Assembly (NCBI GenBank): GCA_045617985.1
Contig: JAZLJP010000118.1
Coordinates: 25,087 to 89,086 of the forward strand
Length of the DNA stretch: 64,000 bases
Origin: Kiritimatiellia bacterium
Lineage (GTDB): Bacteria > Verrucomicrobiota > Kiritimatiellia > RFP12 > UBA1067
Direction: 5' to 3'
The notes beneath the pieces were generated by a model, which saw nothing but the letters and a program-made list of their open reading frames with translations, ran no database searches and was not told the origin of the DNA. Both the position numbers and the translations under genes were made by a program. Positions 26,609-36,056 of the stretch are shown here, piece by piece. The stretch's first letter is position 1. Each line of letters starts with the position of its first letter.

Positions 26609-28030
26609 TTACACGCGGTAGAATTCTTCCCAGCCCTTGCGCGGCGTGCCCTTCGAGCCCTTCAGGAGCGCGTTCGCCTCCGCGTCGCCCACGATCTGCT
26701 TCGTTACGGGGTCGAACTTGAAGCCGCGGTTGAGGCGCTGCGCGATGCAGCCGAGGCAGAAGACCTCGCTGAGCGGCCCCGTCACGGAGAACGGGCTGCG
26801 CGTCTTCTCCCTGCCCATCACGGAGAGGAGGAAGTTCGCGTAGTGGTTGGAGCCGTTCTTCCGCCACTTCGGCAGATCCTTGCGCTCGACGCCCGCCTTG
26901 TCGAGCTGCGCCGAATGCGAACCGCCGAACCACACGTCGCCGTTGGAGAGCTCGAAGAACTTGCCCGGGTTGAGCGCCTTCGACTTGGCCGACCCCGACG
27001 ACCCGCCGGACTGCGGAATCGAAGCATCCCAGGCCGCGCTCTTGTGCCCCTTCGGCAGCCGCGGCAGGTTCTTCACGCCTTCATACCATTCGAGCAGACA
27101 CGCCGGGCGCTTCCCCTTCGCGGCGAACTTGAAGTTGAGCGTATCCTGCATCGGGAACACGAAGGGATTCCAGCCCGTGACATCCTTGATGATGACTTCC
27201 GTGGGCAGGCCGAGCTCGAAAAAGCGGTGCATCGTATCCATCGTGTGCGCGCCCCAGTCGCCGAGCGCACCATTGCCGAAATCGAACCAGCTGCGCCATT
27301 CGCCCTGAACGTAGTCCTTGGAATAGGCGTGCGGCGTCGCCGTGCCCGTCCAGGTATCCCAGTCGAGTCCAGGCGTCATCTTCGAGATCTCGCCCTTGAC
27401 CGTGCGCTCGAAGGCCGGGAACGCGGTCACGTTGCCGTTCCACTTGTGCCAGCGGCGGGCGCTGTTCATGTGGGCGCAGAGGCGCGTGAGCTTCGAAATG
27501 TCGATGATGCCCTTCTCGACGTATTCCTTGAACTGGTAGTAGTTCTCGCCGGAGTGGCCCTGGTTGCCCATCTGGGTGACGACATTGTACTTCTTCTCGG
27601 CGGCCATCAAAAGCTCGCACTCCTCGAAGGTGTGGGCGAGCGGCTTTTCGGAGAACACGCCGAGCCCGCGCTTCATCGCGGCCATGAGCGCCGGGAAGTG
27701 CGAGAAGTCGGGGTTCATCACCGCAACGGCGTCGACCTTGCCGTCCATCGCATCGAGCATCTTGCGGAAGTCGGAGAAACGCGGCACCTTCGGGAACTTC
27801 TTCTTCGCGCCGTTGCACTGCTTGCCGTTGGCGATATCCGTATCGCAGAGAGCCACCACTTCGCAGAAGCCCGTCTTGCTGAACTGCTGGATGTCGTGCC
27901 ACGCCTGCTGGCCCACACCCACACATGCGAGGCGCACCTTGTCGCGCCCAAACGCGCCATGCACGGGAAGAAGCGGGAACGCGCCGGCGGCAAGCGCCGC
28001 CTGCAGGAACGAACGACGAGAAGTTTTCAT
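26609..28030 (-). CDS. Gfo/Idh/MocA-family oxidoreductase with twin-arginine signal
   Basis: TAT motif SRRSFLQAALAAGA. N-terminal NAD(P)-binding Rossmann (RLACVGVGQQA...). Glycoside-hydrolase-109-like C-terminal domain. Confidence 0.75.
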   Translation of the reverse strand: MKTSRRSFLQAALAAGAFPLLPVHGAFGRDKVRLACVGVGQQAWHDIQQFSKTGFCEVVALCDTDIANGKQCNGAKKKFPKVPRFSDFRKMLDAMDGKVDAVAVMNPDFSHFPALMAAMKRGLGVFSEKPLAHTFEECELLMAAEKKYNVVTQMGNQGHSGENYYQFKEYVEKGIIDISKLTRLCAHMNSARRWHKWNGNVTAFPAFERTVKGEISKMTPGLDWDTWTGTATPHAYSKDYVQGEWRSWFDFGNGALGDWGAHTMDTMHRFFELGLPTEVIIKDVTGWNPFVFPMQDTLNFKFAAKGKRPACLLEWYEGVKNLPRLPKGHKSAAWDASIPQSGGSSGSAKSKALNPGKFFELSNGDVWFGGSHSAQLDKAGVERKDLPKWRKNGSNHYANFLLSVMGREKTRSPFSVTGPLSEVFCLGCIAQRLNRGFKFDPVTKQIVGDAEANALLKGSKGTPRKGWEEFYRV

Positions 28031-28097
28031 CTGACAATCCTCTTTTGTTGTTTAGAAATGACACAAAGCCGAACGAATGCACATCGGCCACAACGAA

Positions 28098-28106
28098 TAT
28101 TCTACC
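28098..28106 (-). promoter_or_regulatory. extended -10-like element TGGTAGAAT upstream of the Gfo/Idh/MocA gene
   Basis: Reverse complement of 28098-28106 is TGGTAGAAT. ~65-nt leader, then AAAAGAGGA RBS before ATG 28030. Confidence 0.3.
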
Positions 28107-28131
28107 ATAATCCCCGCCGCCACGCAAACCA

Positions 28132-29325
28132 TCAAATTCCGTTGTCCTCAAGCCAGGCTTCGAATCTTTTCACACGGTTCGCCCAATCCCATTGGCTGCG
28201 GAGCGCCTGCACCTGGGCGGGAGACGGAGATGCACCCGCGCGTGCGGCGTCGTTCGAGAGGAGGCGCACCACTTCTTTCGCGAAAGCCGCCTGGTCGCCG
28301 AACGGTACTTTCACGCATCCCGTCGTGTAGACTTCGCGGAGCGCCGGCAAATCGTACATCACCACGGGGAGAGCGCAGCAAAGCGCCTCGGCCGCCACCA
28401 TGCCGTTATTATCGAACACCGTGGGGTGCACCATCACGCGGGCGCTGCGGTAGATTTCATATTTCGCCTCGTGGTTGACATAGCCGAGCCACGAGATCGA
28501 ATCGGCGATTCCAAGCCGCACGGCCTTCTCCTTCAAGGCCCGTTCATAATCGGCATCTCCGTTTCCGATCACCGTCAGCTGCGCAGCAGGGCGCGCCGCG
28601 CGCACACGCGCCCACACGTCAAGGAAACCATCGATCCCCTTCTGCGGATGAAGGCGACTGCAGAAAACGACATCGCGCGTTTTCGGCACCTCCGCCACGG
28701 GGATCTGGTCCACATTCACGCCCCCGTAGAACGGGAAGACGCGCCCCTGAAACGCCGGCGGAAAATGCCCGCGGTCGCTGTCGTTCGTAATGACGAACGC
28801 CGCCGCACGCCGCCGCGCGGCCTGGAAGAGGATATTCGAATAGAGCCACACGAGCACGTATTTCGCCGCCGGGAACCTATACCCGCGCAGGAGGTTCTCG
28901 AAGAGGAACGGTACGAAGAGGAACTGAACGGCAATCCACGTGAATCCGAAAACCGGCTGGAGCCGACGGCACGGCAACGTATCGATGTGAAAGTCGCTAC
29001 AGGAATAGACGACATCGTTTTCGCCGACCTCAAGCGCCGCAAGTTCCTTTCGCAACACGTCCGTATAGTGGCGCGCGCTCGCCACGGGATGGCGCAGGTC
29101 GCCACCCGTAAAACCGGCGACTTCGTGGACGACGAGTCCATCCGGCGCGCTGATCGCATCCGCAATCGTACGCGCCTTCGACGACGGCACGATAAAATGC
29201 ACCTCCCGCACGGCAGCAAGATGACGTGCGATCTCAAGGGCGATCTTCGAATTCCCCCCCATCGTGCCTGGCTCGCTCAGCGCAAACCCAACGATAATGA
29301 AGCGTGGTTTCATGGATGGATTCAT
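28132..29325 (-). CDS. glycosyltransferase family 4 (GT-B, group 1)
   Basis: 397 aa. C-terminal nucleotide-sugar binding motif region ...VMVHPTVFDNNGMVAAEALCCALPVV... (E-x7-E type). Confidence 0.8.
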   Translation of the reverse strand: MNPSMKPRFIIVGFALSEPGTMGGNSKIALEIARHLAAVREVHFIVPSSKARTIADAISAPDGLVVHEVAGFTGGDLRHPVASARHYTDVLRKELAALEVGENDVVYSCSDFHIDTLPCRRLQPVFGFTWIAVQFLFVPFLFENLLRGYRFPAAKYVLVWLYSNILFQAARRRAAAFVITNDSDRGHFPPAFQGRVFPFYGGVNVDQIPVAEVPKTRDVVFCSRLHPQKGIDGFLDVWARVRAARPAAQLTVIGNGDADYERALKEKAVRLGIADSISWLGYVNHEAKYEIYRSARVMVHPTVFDNNGMVAAEALCCALPVVMYDLPALREVYTTGCVKVPFGDQAAFAKEVVRLLSNDAARAGASPSPAQVQALRSQWDWANRVKRFEAWLEDNGI

Positions 29326-29361
29326 GATAGCAAACTTTAGGCGAATTGTGTGAAATCGGTT

Positions 29362-31263
29362 TCAGGTTTCGGCGACGATGGCGAGGATGTCTTCGCCGTA
29401 GTCGTCGCGGATCTGCTGGTAGAGGCCGTAGATGTGCGACAGCGCGGCGAGGGTGCGCGGGCGCTCGGCCACTATCGCATCGAGCGTTTTGTTCGTCATG
29501 ATGCGGAAAGCGGGAAGCCCGCGTTCGTTTGAAAGATTCTTCCGCCAGGTGCGCAGCTCGGAGGCGAGCGCCACGTCCTCGGGACGCGTCGGCGCAGGGA
29601 TGGCCCGCCTCTCACGCGCCGGCACGGGTTCCTTGCGCGCCGCGGCCTTGCGTTCGTTCGCAATCTGCTGGGCAAAGGAAAGCGGAGAGGCCACCACCCG
29701 GCGCGGCCAGAGCAGCATGAAATTGTTTTCCTCCTTCTTTGCAACGCGCAGCCCCTTCGCCGTAAGGGAAATCATGTCTTCGCCATCATCCGAAAGCGCG
29801 GCGCACCCGGCCCGCACGAGCGCCTTCAAGAGGAGCGTGAGCAGTTCGGGGTCTTCATTCGGGAGAAGCCCGTAGGTGGAGAGCTTGTCGAGCGCGTTCT
29901 CCGTGATGTAGCGCGTCTTCGCGCCGAGAAGAACTTCCACCACGCGCGCAAGAGCATGCTCGCCCTTCATGCGGCCAACGCAGGAGAGGACCTTCTGAAG
30001 GATGAGCCATTGCGTTTCCGAAAGCGGATCGGGGAGTTTGCGCGGGCCGCACCGATCGCATCCGCCGCACACGTCGCCCTTCACCGTTTCGCCGAAATAG
30101 TCGAGGATGAACGCATGGCGGCACCGTGCCGTATCGCAGTAGGCCACCATCTGGCGGAGGAGCCGCCGAGCGCGCATCGGGCTCTCGCTATCCTTGAAAA
30201 AGAATTCCTGCGTGTGGACGTCGGCATAATTGAAGAGGAGTCCGCACCAGGCGGGGAGTCCGTCGCGCCCCGCACGCCCCACCTCCTGATAGTAGGCCTC
30301 CACGCTGCCGGGAATATCCCAATGGGCGACGAAACGCACGTCGGCGCGATCGACGCCCATGCCGAAGGCGTTCGTCGCAACGACCACGGGATACTTCGCC
30401 TCGATAAAACGCTTCTGCACGCGCGTACGCTCGGCGGTGTCGAGCCCGGCATGGTAGAGAAGCGCTTCCGATTCGCCGAGGTTGGCCGCCCGAAGCTTGT
30501 CGTACGCTTCCTGGGCGTGCTTGCGCGTGGCGACATAGACGATCCCCGTATGGTGCGCGTGTACGAGCGCAAGAACGTGCGCGAGCTTTTCGTCGTGCGT
30601 GCGCACGCGGCACACGGCGAGATTGAGGTTGAGGCGCGAGAAGCCCTGCACCTGCACGAAAAGCGGGCCTGCGGCCGAAGGACGGCCCTCGAGCTTCAGC
30701 TGGGCGATGATATCGCGCCGCACGTCGGGCGTGGCCGTTGCGGTCACGGCCATCACGCGCATCGCGGGATGGGCCTCGACGAGCGAGCCGAGGGTGAGAT
30801 AGTCGGGGCGGAAATCATGCCCCCACTGGCTGATGCAGTGCGCCTCGTCGACGGCCAGAAAGGAAATGTCGAGCTGTTCGAGGAAGGTGCGGAAACGCGC
30901 AAGAGCCAGACGTTCCGGCGCGATGTAGACGAGCTTGAAGCGTCCTGCGGCAAGTTCCCGAAGGCGATAGGCCTGTTCGGCGGGGTCAAGCGTCGAATTC
31001 AAATACGTAGCAGGAATATGGCGCCGCGCCAAGGCCGCCACCTGGTCGTGCATGAGCGCGATGAGCGGCGAAACCACCACGGTCACCCCCGGCATCAAAA
31101 GAGCCGTCAACTGGAAACAGAGCGACTTCCCCGCCCCCGTGGGCATCACCACCACGGCATCACGTCCATTCACCACGGCCTCGATCGGCGCATACTGCCC
31201 CGCGCGAAAGTCGTCGTGCCCGAACCAACGGTCAAGCCCTTCTCGAATCTCTTCACTCTCCAT
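29362..31263 (-). CDS. recQ: ATP-dependent DNA helicase RecQ
   Basis: 633 aa. FGHDDFRAGQ, Walker A PTGAGKSLCFQ, DEAHCISQWGHDFRPDY, RecQ-Ct zinc region and C-terminal HRDC-like tail. Confidence 0.9.
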   Translation of the reverse strand: MESEEIREGLDRWFGHDDFRAGQYAPIEAVVNGRDAVVVMPTGAGKSLCFQLTALLMPGVTVVVSPLIALMHDQVAALARRHIPATYLNSTLDPAEQAYRLRELAAGRFKLVYIAPERLALARFRTFLEQLDISFLAVDEAHCISQWGHDFRPDYLTLGSLVEAHPAMRVMAVTATATPDVRRDIIAQLKLEGRPSAAGPLFVQVQGFSRLNLNLAVCRVRTHDEKLAHVLALVHAHHTGIVYVATRKHAQEAYDKLRAANLGESEALLYHAGLDTAERTRVQKRFIEAKYPVVVATNAFGMGVDRADVRFVAHWDIPGSVEAYYQEVGRAGRDGLPAWCGLLFNYADVHTQEFFFKDSESPMRARRLLRQMVAYCDTARCRHAFILDYFGETVKGDVCGGCDRCGPRKLPDPLSETQWLILQKVLSCVGRMKGEHALARVVEVLLGAKTRYITENALDKLSTYGLLPNEDPELLTLLLKALVRAGCAALSDDGEDMISLTAKGLRVAKKEENNFMLLWPRRVVASPLSFAQQIANERKAAARKEPVPARERRAIPAPTRPEDVALASELRTWRKNLSNERGLPAFRIMTNKTLDAIVAERPRTLAALSHIYGLYQQIRDDYGEDILAIVAET

Positions 31264-31787
31264 GCGCGTATTGTAGCATATTGACGGGGCACGCGCAATT
31301 CCTTTGCGCCGAAATCAAAGTCGTCAATCCTGCGATGGTCTTCGGCATGTATCCGGCAGATCGGTTTCGGGAAGCGAAACGTATGAATATGAGTGATCCG
31401 GGAACCGGCAAAGACATCGCATTCCTTTCCATCTGCATCTTCCAATTTGAAAAAGAGCACCGGCCACGTCAGTTCTTCATGGCCACGCTGCGGCCTCCGC
31501 CCGATCTCACAGAGCGACCAAACATCTTTGGGCATGCACCTGTGGGCGTTTCCGATTCGAAGCACACGCATTCCGCCGCAAAACCGTTTTAGAACCTGGT
31601 AGGCCGTATCTTCTCCTGCCCATTCCAACAATTCATCGTCAACACGAATCTGAGTCCGCGAGATGAAATCAATCACCGTCTCGGCAGACTCGTATTCTTT
31701 CTCCTTACCATCATTACGTTCACGGGTAAACACGAGAAAAGCGACAACAGCAAGTACAACAACGACCGCACTGATCATGTATTTCAT
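31170..31787 (-). CDS. hypothetical N-terminally anchored membrane protein (low-GC island gene 1)
   Basis: ORF 31170..31835. Preferred start MKYMISAVVVVLAVVAFLVF (31787). Local GC ~48-50%. Its 3' end overlaps the recQ start by ~94 nt. No motif recognised. Confidence 0.45.
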   Translation of the reverse strand: MKYMISAVVVVLAVVAFLVFTRERNDGKEKEYESAETVIDFISRTQIRVDDELLEWAGEDTAYQVLKRFCGGMRVLRIGNAHRCMPKDVWSLCEIGRRPQRGHEELTWPVLFFKLEDADGKECDVFAGSRITHIHTFRFPKPICRIHAEDHRRIDDFDFGAKELRVPRQYATIRAWRVKRFEKGLTVGSGTTTFARGSMRRSRPW

Positions 31788-31886
31788 AACTTCTCCATTT
31801 GATAATGCGTAACTTTTGTCGGCAACGCCCACCAATCAAGTACATAGTCCGTTCCAGCAGTTTCGTCGTCTGCTTGATTGATGATT

Positions 31887-32264
31887 TCACCTTTTTTCAA
31901 TCCACAGATCACTCCCCACATCGGGATGTCTATAATAATTCCCATCAGGGCAAGGCAAATCTGCCTTCGCGGTGTAATTACGCAGCAAATCCTTGTCTAG
32001 AAGAAGTTTCAACGGTATCAGAATCGTGTTGCCGATCAGGACATGCGACTCTCCGTAGTTCGTGAGTACTCCATCCACCGACGAGAGTGCGTCTTTACCT
32101 TTCGGCATGTCCATATAACGCAATTCCTGATCATGGTGATACCGTTGTATGTAATATACTGCTCTAAACGGAAATATCGGCGTAATGTAGACCGCGCTTC
32201 CCGATACTGCCAATATGACAACCGCACACGCAATCTTCAGCACGATCTTTCCAGATTTTTTCAT
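31887..32264 (-). CDS. hypothetical signal-anchored protein (low-GC island gene 2)
   Basis: ORF 31887..32393 begins with a TTG. I prefer MKKSGKIVLKIACAVVILAVSGSA (32264), which has a GGGAGG RBS 7 nt upstream. ~125 aa. Confidence 0.45.
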   Translation of the reverse strand: MKKSGKIVLKIACAVVILAVSGSAVYITPIFPFRAVYYIQRYHHDQELRYMDMPKGKDALSSVDGVLTNYGESHVLIGNTILIPLKLLLDKDLLRNYTAKADLPCPDGNYYRHPDVGSDLWIEKR

Positions 32265-32400
32265 CGTCTGCCTCCCAATCGAGTTCCATTCACGATCATC
32301 CCATTCGTGACTTGAGAGATACAGTTCAGTGTTGCTTTTCGGGAAGGTTTCGGGTAACCTACCCGATTGTGAAAAAGGCCAACCCGAAGGCAATGAAGAC

Positions 32401-32430
32401 AGTATACACCATTATCTGTCAGATAGTCAA
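32401..32430 (-). promoter_or_regulatory. sigma-70-like promoter (TTGACT-18nt-TATACT) reading toward island gene 2
   Basis: On the reverse strand, TTGACT (32425-32430) and TATACT (32401-32406) with an 18-nt spacer. AT-rich island context. Confidence 0.4.
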
Positions 32431-32457
32431 CATCATTCCGCACAATTTGTCACTGTG

Positions 32458-32658
32458 GGCGCATCTGAGTAATTCACCGCGATCACCTCTTGTTTGAGCC
32501 GAGGGCCTCGCGGGCGCTAACGTAGGGAACGCAAGGCGGGGCACGCCCCCTCTCCCAACAGCCATCACCACCTTTTGGCCCCCCCATGCGACCTCTCGTG
32601 TCAGCTGCCGCAGGCTGGAGACCCCAAGAGTGGGCTTGGTGAAAAACTCAGATGCGCC
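32458..32658. repeat. non-coding element bounded by a perfect 13-bp inverted repeat (GGCGCATCTGAGT / ACTCAGATGCGCC); its left ~75 nt is copy B of the 14771-14844 repeat
   Basis: IR arms at 32458-32470 and 32646-32658. Imperfect IR extends ~45 nt outward. No ORF over 60 aa with coding character. Copy B shares ~80% identity with 14771-14844. Confidence 0.5.
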
Positions 32659-32978
32659 CTGTCGCTGTCCTTGTGCCTATCTGTGAGACAATATTGCGAA
32701 AATCAACATCGCCAAAGAGTACAATCCACCCAAACACAACAAAGCATTTCGGAATAAAGCCAAACAAGCACATTGTTCAATCTTCGCCACTTCTTGCGAC
32801 TCGTTAGTGTAACCAGCATCGCAAGCCGCCTGACCGCCACCATTTCCCATTCCGTCATCGCATACGCAGAATAGACGGATTACTTCGATTCCCCGCCGTT
32901 GACACGGCTGTCAACATCCTTTACAACTTCTTTTCTGGTCATGGGATCCTCTTCTCGGTTGTTTGTAATCGTGCAAGG

Positions 32979-33755
32979 CTATAGACTGGTTGTTTCATGC
33001 AATTCCTCATTCCCCATCTTCATTCGTTTCTGCGAGCCACCCATCTGGCAATTTAACGCCCACACAACAATCGCTATAAAAATTACTCCGATCAAGATCA
33101 AGCGTGTTCGCGCTGACCCACGCTTGTTATAATCTGGGAGCTGATCAACGTTAAATCCGGGCACCAAAGGCGGTTCTTCCTGTTCTTCCCCCGCAGAAGA
33201 TTCAAATTTAAGTACAGATCGAAAATTCGCATCTCCCAATGTGTACGCCCACAGCTTTCTTATGCTTGTCCTGAAAAAGATCCTGTTGACTATTAACAGT
33301 CCATCCGCAAATATGAAAAGCCATGCCACAATTTGCCCCATCGCCCATGAAGATGCCTGAATCGCATTATAAAGATGGCGACACGGAGATATCAATGACA
33401 TAAAATACAACAAGACAATTAGAGCATAAAAGACATTTCTCGTTGTGGCAGATTTGGGATTGGCAGAAAACCGGCTGGCACAATCCTTGTCGAAAATTGG
33501 GCCATACAATCTACGTCCAATTGATACCGACGATGTTAAACCTTGATCTTTAATCGGAACACATATAGCCTTGTCGACATTATATGCAAACAGATAACCC
33601 TTTGTTGTAATCATCATGCATGCCTCTATCATCGAGGTATAGGCCAACAACAAGAACACCATGATTGCATCCATAGAGACACTGCCCTCTCGCAATGAAG
33701 CGCATTGTCCTGAAAACAAGTCAGGGATTGTCATCCCCAGCATCCCAGCAGCCAA
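32979..33755 (-). CDS. hypothetical 4-TM membrane protein (low-GC island gene 3)
   Basis: 258 aa. Four predicted TM helices and an acidic cytoplasmic loop (SSAGEEQEEPP). AT-rich codon usage. The start may be the internal MDAIMVFLLLAY. Confidence 0.45.
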   Translation of the reverse strand: MAAGMLGMTIPDLFSGQCASLREGSVSMDAIMVFLLLAYTSMIEACMMITTKGYLFAYNVDKAICVPIKDQGLTSSVSIGRRLYGPIFDKDCASRFSANPKSATTRNVFYALIVLLYFMSLISPCRHLYNAIQASSWAMGQIVAWLFIFADGLLIVNRIFFRTSIRKLWAYTLGDANFRSVLKFESSAGEEQEEPPLVPGFNVDQLPDYNKRGSARTRLILIGVIFIAIVVWALNCQMGGSQKRMKMGNEELHETTSL

Positions 33756-34111
33756 AAGGCAACCCAGAAAATGGGATGCTCCCGAAGGGAAGTTGTTAGA
33801 ATTTGCCCATAAGATGTTTGTACCTCCGAGTCGGCAGGTGTCATCATATCAGAAAGCGAATTAATTCCCTCGTTTGCCCAGCCGGTAACACTCGGCTGTA
33901 CCGCACCATAAGCAGAACCATATTCTGTAGCAGTTCCCACAAAAGCCCTAACGGTTGTCATGGTTGAAACCCGTGTTATTAATCCATTTATGAATTGCTT
34001 GTTCATTTTCCTTGCTATTGCAAGATATGCCCCTGCACCCTTGTTTACACCCTTTATTCCAGGGAAGGGAATCATGGAGAAAGTTGCACTATAATACGGA
34101 CTGTCAGCCAT
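33731..34111 (-). CDS. hypothetical small Gly/Ala/Thr-rich protein with C-terminal hydrophobic tail (low-GC island gene 4)
   Basis: 126 aa. MADSPYYSATFSMIPFPGIKGVNKGAGAYLAIA... then C-terminal IFWVAFWLLGCWG. The island's GC boundary lies just upstream at ~34112-34150. Confidence 0.4.
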   Translation of the reverse strand: MADSPYYSATFSMIPFPGIKGVNKGAGAYLAIARKMNKQFINGLITRVSTMTTVRAFVGTATEYGSAYGAVQPSVTGWANEGINSLSDMMTPADSEVQTSYGQILTTSLREHPIFWVAFWLLGCWG

Positions 34112-34159
34112 TTTGACGGCGTTCGGGTAATCGGCCCGTGCGTGGGGCGGGGGGATCGG

Positions 34160-35748
34160 TTATCGGGTCAGTTCTACCCAGATGAAATCTAGCGGACGCG
34201 GCACCTCGACCACAAGCCGACAACCGGCAACTGTTCCCGTACCGCGGCCTCCGAGCACCTTCACCGACTTCACCTGCGGCAGCAGCGTACGCAGATCGAG
34301 CGTGTAGGACGAATCGCCGGCAAGTTCGCGGAAGAGCAGCGCATAGCCCTTCGTGCCGTCTTTCGCCGCCGCGACGAAACCTGTCCATGACAAGCCGTCG
34401 GGCCGCGCCCCCACGGGATAGATGTAGCCCGCATGCATCGCATCGCGATGCTGCTTCCAAGTGGCAATGAGCGGACGCCACGCCTTCGCCGTTTCGGGCG
34501 AAAGGTTCTGTATCTCGAACCAGCCCAGCGGCGAGGCGAGCATCGAAATCGCGAAGATGGCGTCGTCCGGCCAGTTGGCCGGCGCCAGCGGATCGCGGGC
34601 GGGATAGAGCTTCGGCAGCCGCCGGGGATTCAGCACTTCCATGCGCAGACGCGCAGGGTCCACGTAATGCGCGAGCGACCAGAAGTTGCGCAGCGTATGG
34701 TGCGGCCACCAGAGCCGACGTTCGTTCGCGCGAATGTAGCGGTTCTCGACAAATACGGGGCCGATCTCAGGAAAACCATAGTAGCCGGGACGCACGCCCG
34801 CCGTCACATCGAGATCGATGGTGATGCGCGCATCCGAATCCTGAATGAGCTTGCGCATGAGCTGTTGCTGACGCGACAGCGCGAGCGGCGTTGCGGACTT
34901 CAGCGAATCGAGCTTGAAGTAGTCAATGCCGAGGCGGCGATGGAGGCCGACGAGGAAATCCGCGTCCTTCTGCCAGAACTGCGCATCGTTCGAGCTGTCC
35001 GGGCCGAACCACAGGCCGAACTTCATTCCCTTCGCCTTCGCGGCGGCGACGAGCGGTTCGAGTCCATGCGGGAAACGTACGCGATCGACATCCCAGAAAT
35101 GCGGATCGTGCCAGAACGAAGCCCAGCTGCCGGTTTCGCCCTTCCGGCGGGCGGACGAATTGACGGAACGCCCCGCCTGCCAGCCGTCGTCGATCTGGAT
35201 GACGTCCACGCCGAGCTCCGCACCGGCGGCGATTTCCCTTTCGAGGAACGCCTCGTTGATGCATTCGTCGCGATGGCCGTCTCCCCAGGTGTTCGTAAGA
35301 AACACGCCGTCGCGGCCCGAAACGTACGGACGCAGCTTCCGCTGGAAGTCCGTCATCGCACGGACGCGTCCCCAGGCTCCGCCCGTGTAGGGCACTTCCA
35401 CGCAAGGCCAGTCGCTCGGCAGTACCGTGATGCCGCGGCGCGCCTCCACGCGGAAATCGGGCTTGCGCACGGGGCGCGCATGCGGAAGCGGCGCCTGCCG
35501 GAAGTAGGCGCGGCCTTCGCCCGTAAGGGAATCCTCCCAGAAAATGGCCGGCGCTTCGACGTCGAACGCCTGTTCGTTCGCCGAGAGGAGATATTCCTTC
35601 TCGAAGACGAGTTCGTCGTGGCTGTCGGTCGAGTCGACGAGTTGAAGAATCGTCAGCCGCGGATGCGCGCACACAGGTACGGAAGCGGCCGTCAGAGGAA
35701 GCACGCTGGACAGGAGCGCCAGCCCGGCAATTTCAAGATTTTTCATAA
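34160..35748 (-). CDS. secreted alpha-galactosidase-like glycoside hydrolase (GH36/GH27 clan, DDGW motif)
   Basis: ORF 34160..36016. Real start MKNLEIAGLALLSSVLPLTAASVP at 35748; the 5' extension merely translates the intergenic repeats. Catalytic-region motifs VIQIDDGWQ, KFGLWFGPD, YFKLDS. Confidence 0.7.
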
Positions 35749-35806
35749 CCCCGAAATTATAGCCCACACCACCGCCCTCTGTCAATCCCGAACGGCCATC
35801 ATTCAA

Positions 35807-35850
35807 ATCTTCACGGGGACAGTCCCTAATCTTCACGGGGACAGTCCCCT
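35807..35850. repeat. two tandem ~22-nt repeats each carrying the palindrome GGGGACAGTCCC(C)
   Basis: ATCTTCACGGGGACAGTCCCT then AATCTTCACGGGGACAGTCCCCT. Confidence 0.8.
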
Positions 35851-35861
35851 TACAAAATCGG

Positions 35862-35892
35862 ATGCGAAAACAGGTCTGACCTGTTTTCGCAT
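35862..35892. repeat. perfect 31-nt palindrome ATGCGAAAACAGGTC-T-GACCTGTTTTCGCAT
   Basis: 15-nt arms, 1-nt centre. Lies midway between the two repeat arrays in a divergent intergenic region. Confidence 0.85.
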
Positions 35893-35907
35893 AAACTTTT
35901 AAGCCTG

Positions 35908-35979
35908 TTTGGGGACTGTCCCCCCCAAATCTTTGGGGACTGTCCCCCCAGATCTTTTGGGGACTGTCCCCCCCCGGAT
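35908..35979. repeat. three tandem 24-nt repeats TTTGGGGACTGTCCCCCC(C)NNATC carrying the same 13-bp palindrome in opposite orientation
   Basis: Copies at 35908-35931, 35932-35955 and 35956-35979. The core GGGGACTGTCCCC is the reverse complement of the core in the 35807-35850 array. Confidence 0.85.
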
Positions 35980-36047
35980 CACGATCACCGGTTTTTGGGT
36001 GTTTGATGCCCAGCACCTAAAACATTCTTCCTCCTTTCTCCTTTCTT

Positions 36048-36056
36048 TGGTATAAT
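36048..36056 (+). promoter_or_regulatory. extended -10 promoter TGGTATAAT for the SGNH hydrolase gene
   Basis: TGGTATAAT at 36048-36056, AGAGGAG RBS at ~36066-36072, ATG at 36082. Confidence 0.45.

Noticed and set aside
25172-28330. 1052-aa plus-strand ORF spanning hemA, queF and the Gfo/Idh/MocA gene
   Set aside because: Antisense to three well-supported minus-strand genes. Arg/Ala/His-rich composition typical of wrong-strand ORFs in high-GC DNA. No motifs.
32262-32393. TTG-initiated 43-codon extension of island gene 2 that would make it leaderless from the TTGACT/TATACT promoter
   Set aside because: Leaderless initiation strongly prefers AUG. A good GGGAGG RBS precedes the internal ATG at 32264, which starts a signal-anchor sequence.
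35807-35979. Possibility that the 22-24-nt tandem repeats are a CRISPR array
   Set aside because: Only 2+3 units. Spacers of ~10 nt are far too short. The two arrays are inverted relative to each other. No cas genes. More consistent with operator or REP-like repeats.
35749-36016. N-terminal 90-aa extension of the GH36 ORF (…GDSPQKIWGDSPQRFGGDSPQTG…)
   Set aside because: It is simply the translation of the palindromic DNA repeats. The real protein begins at the signal peptide MKNLEIAGLALL (35748).
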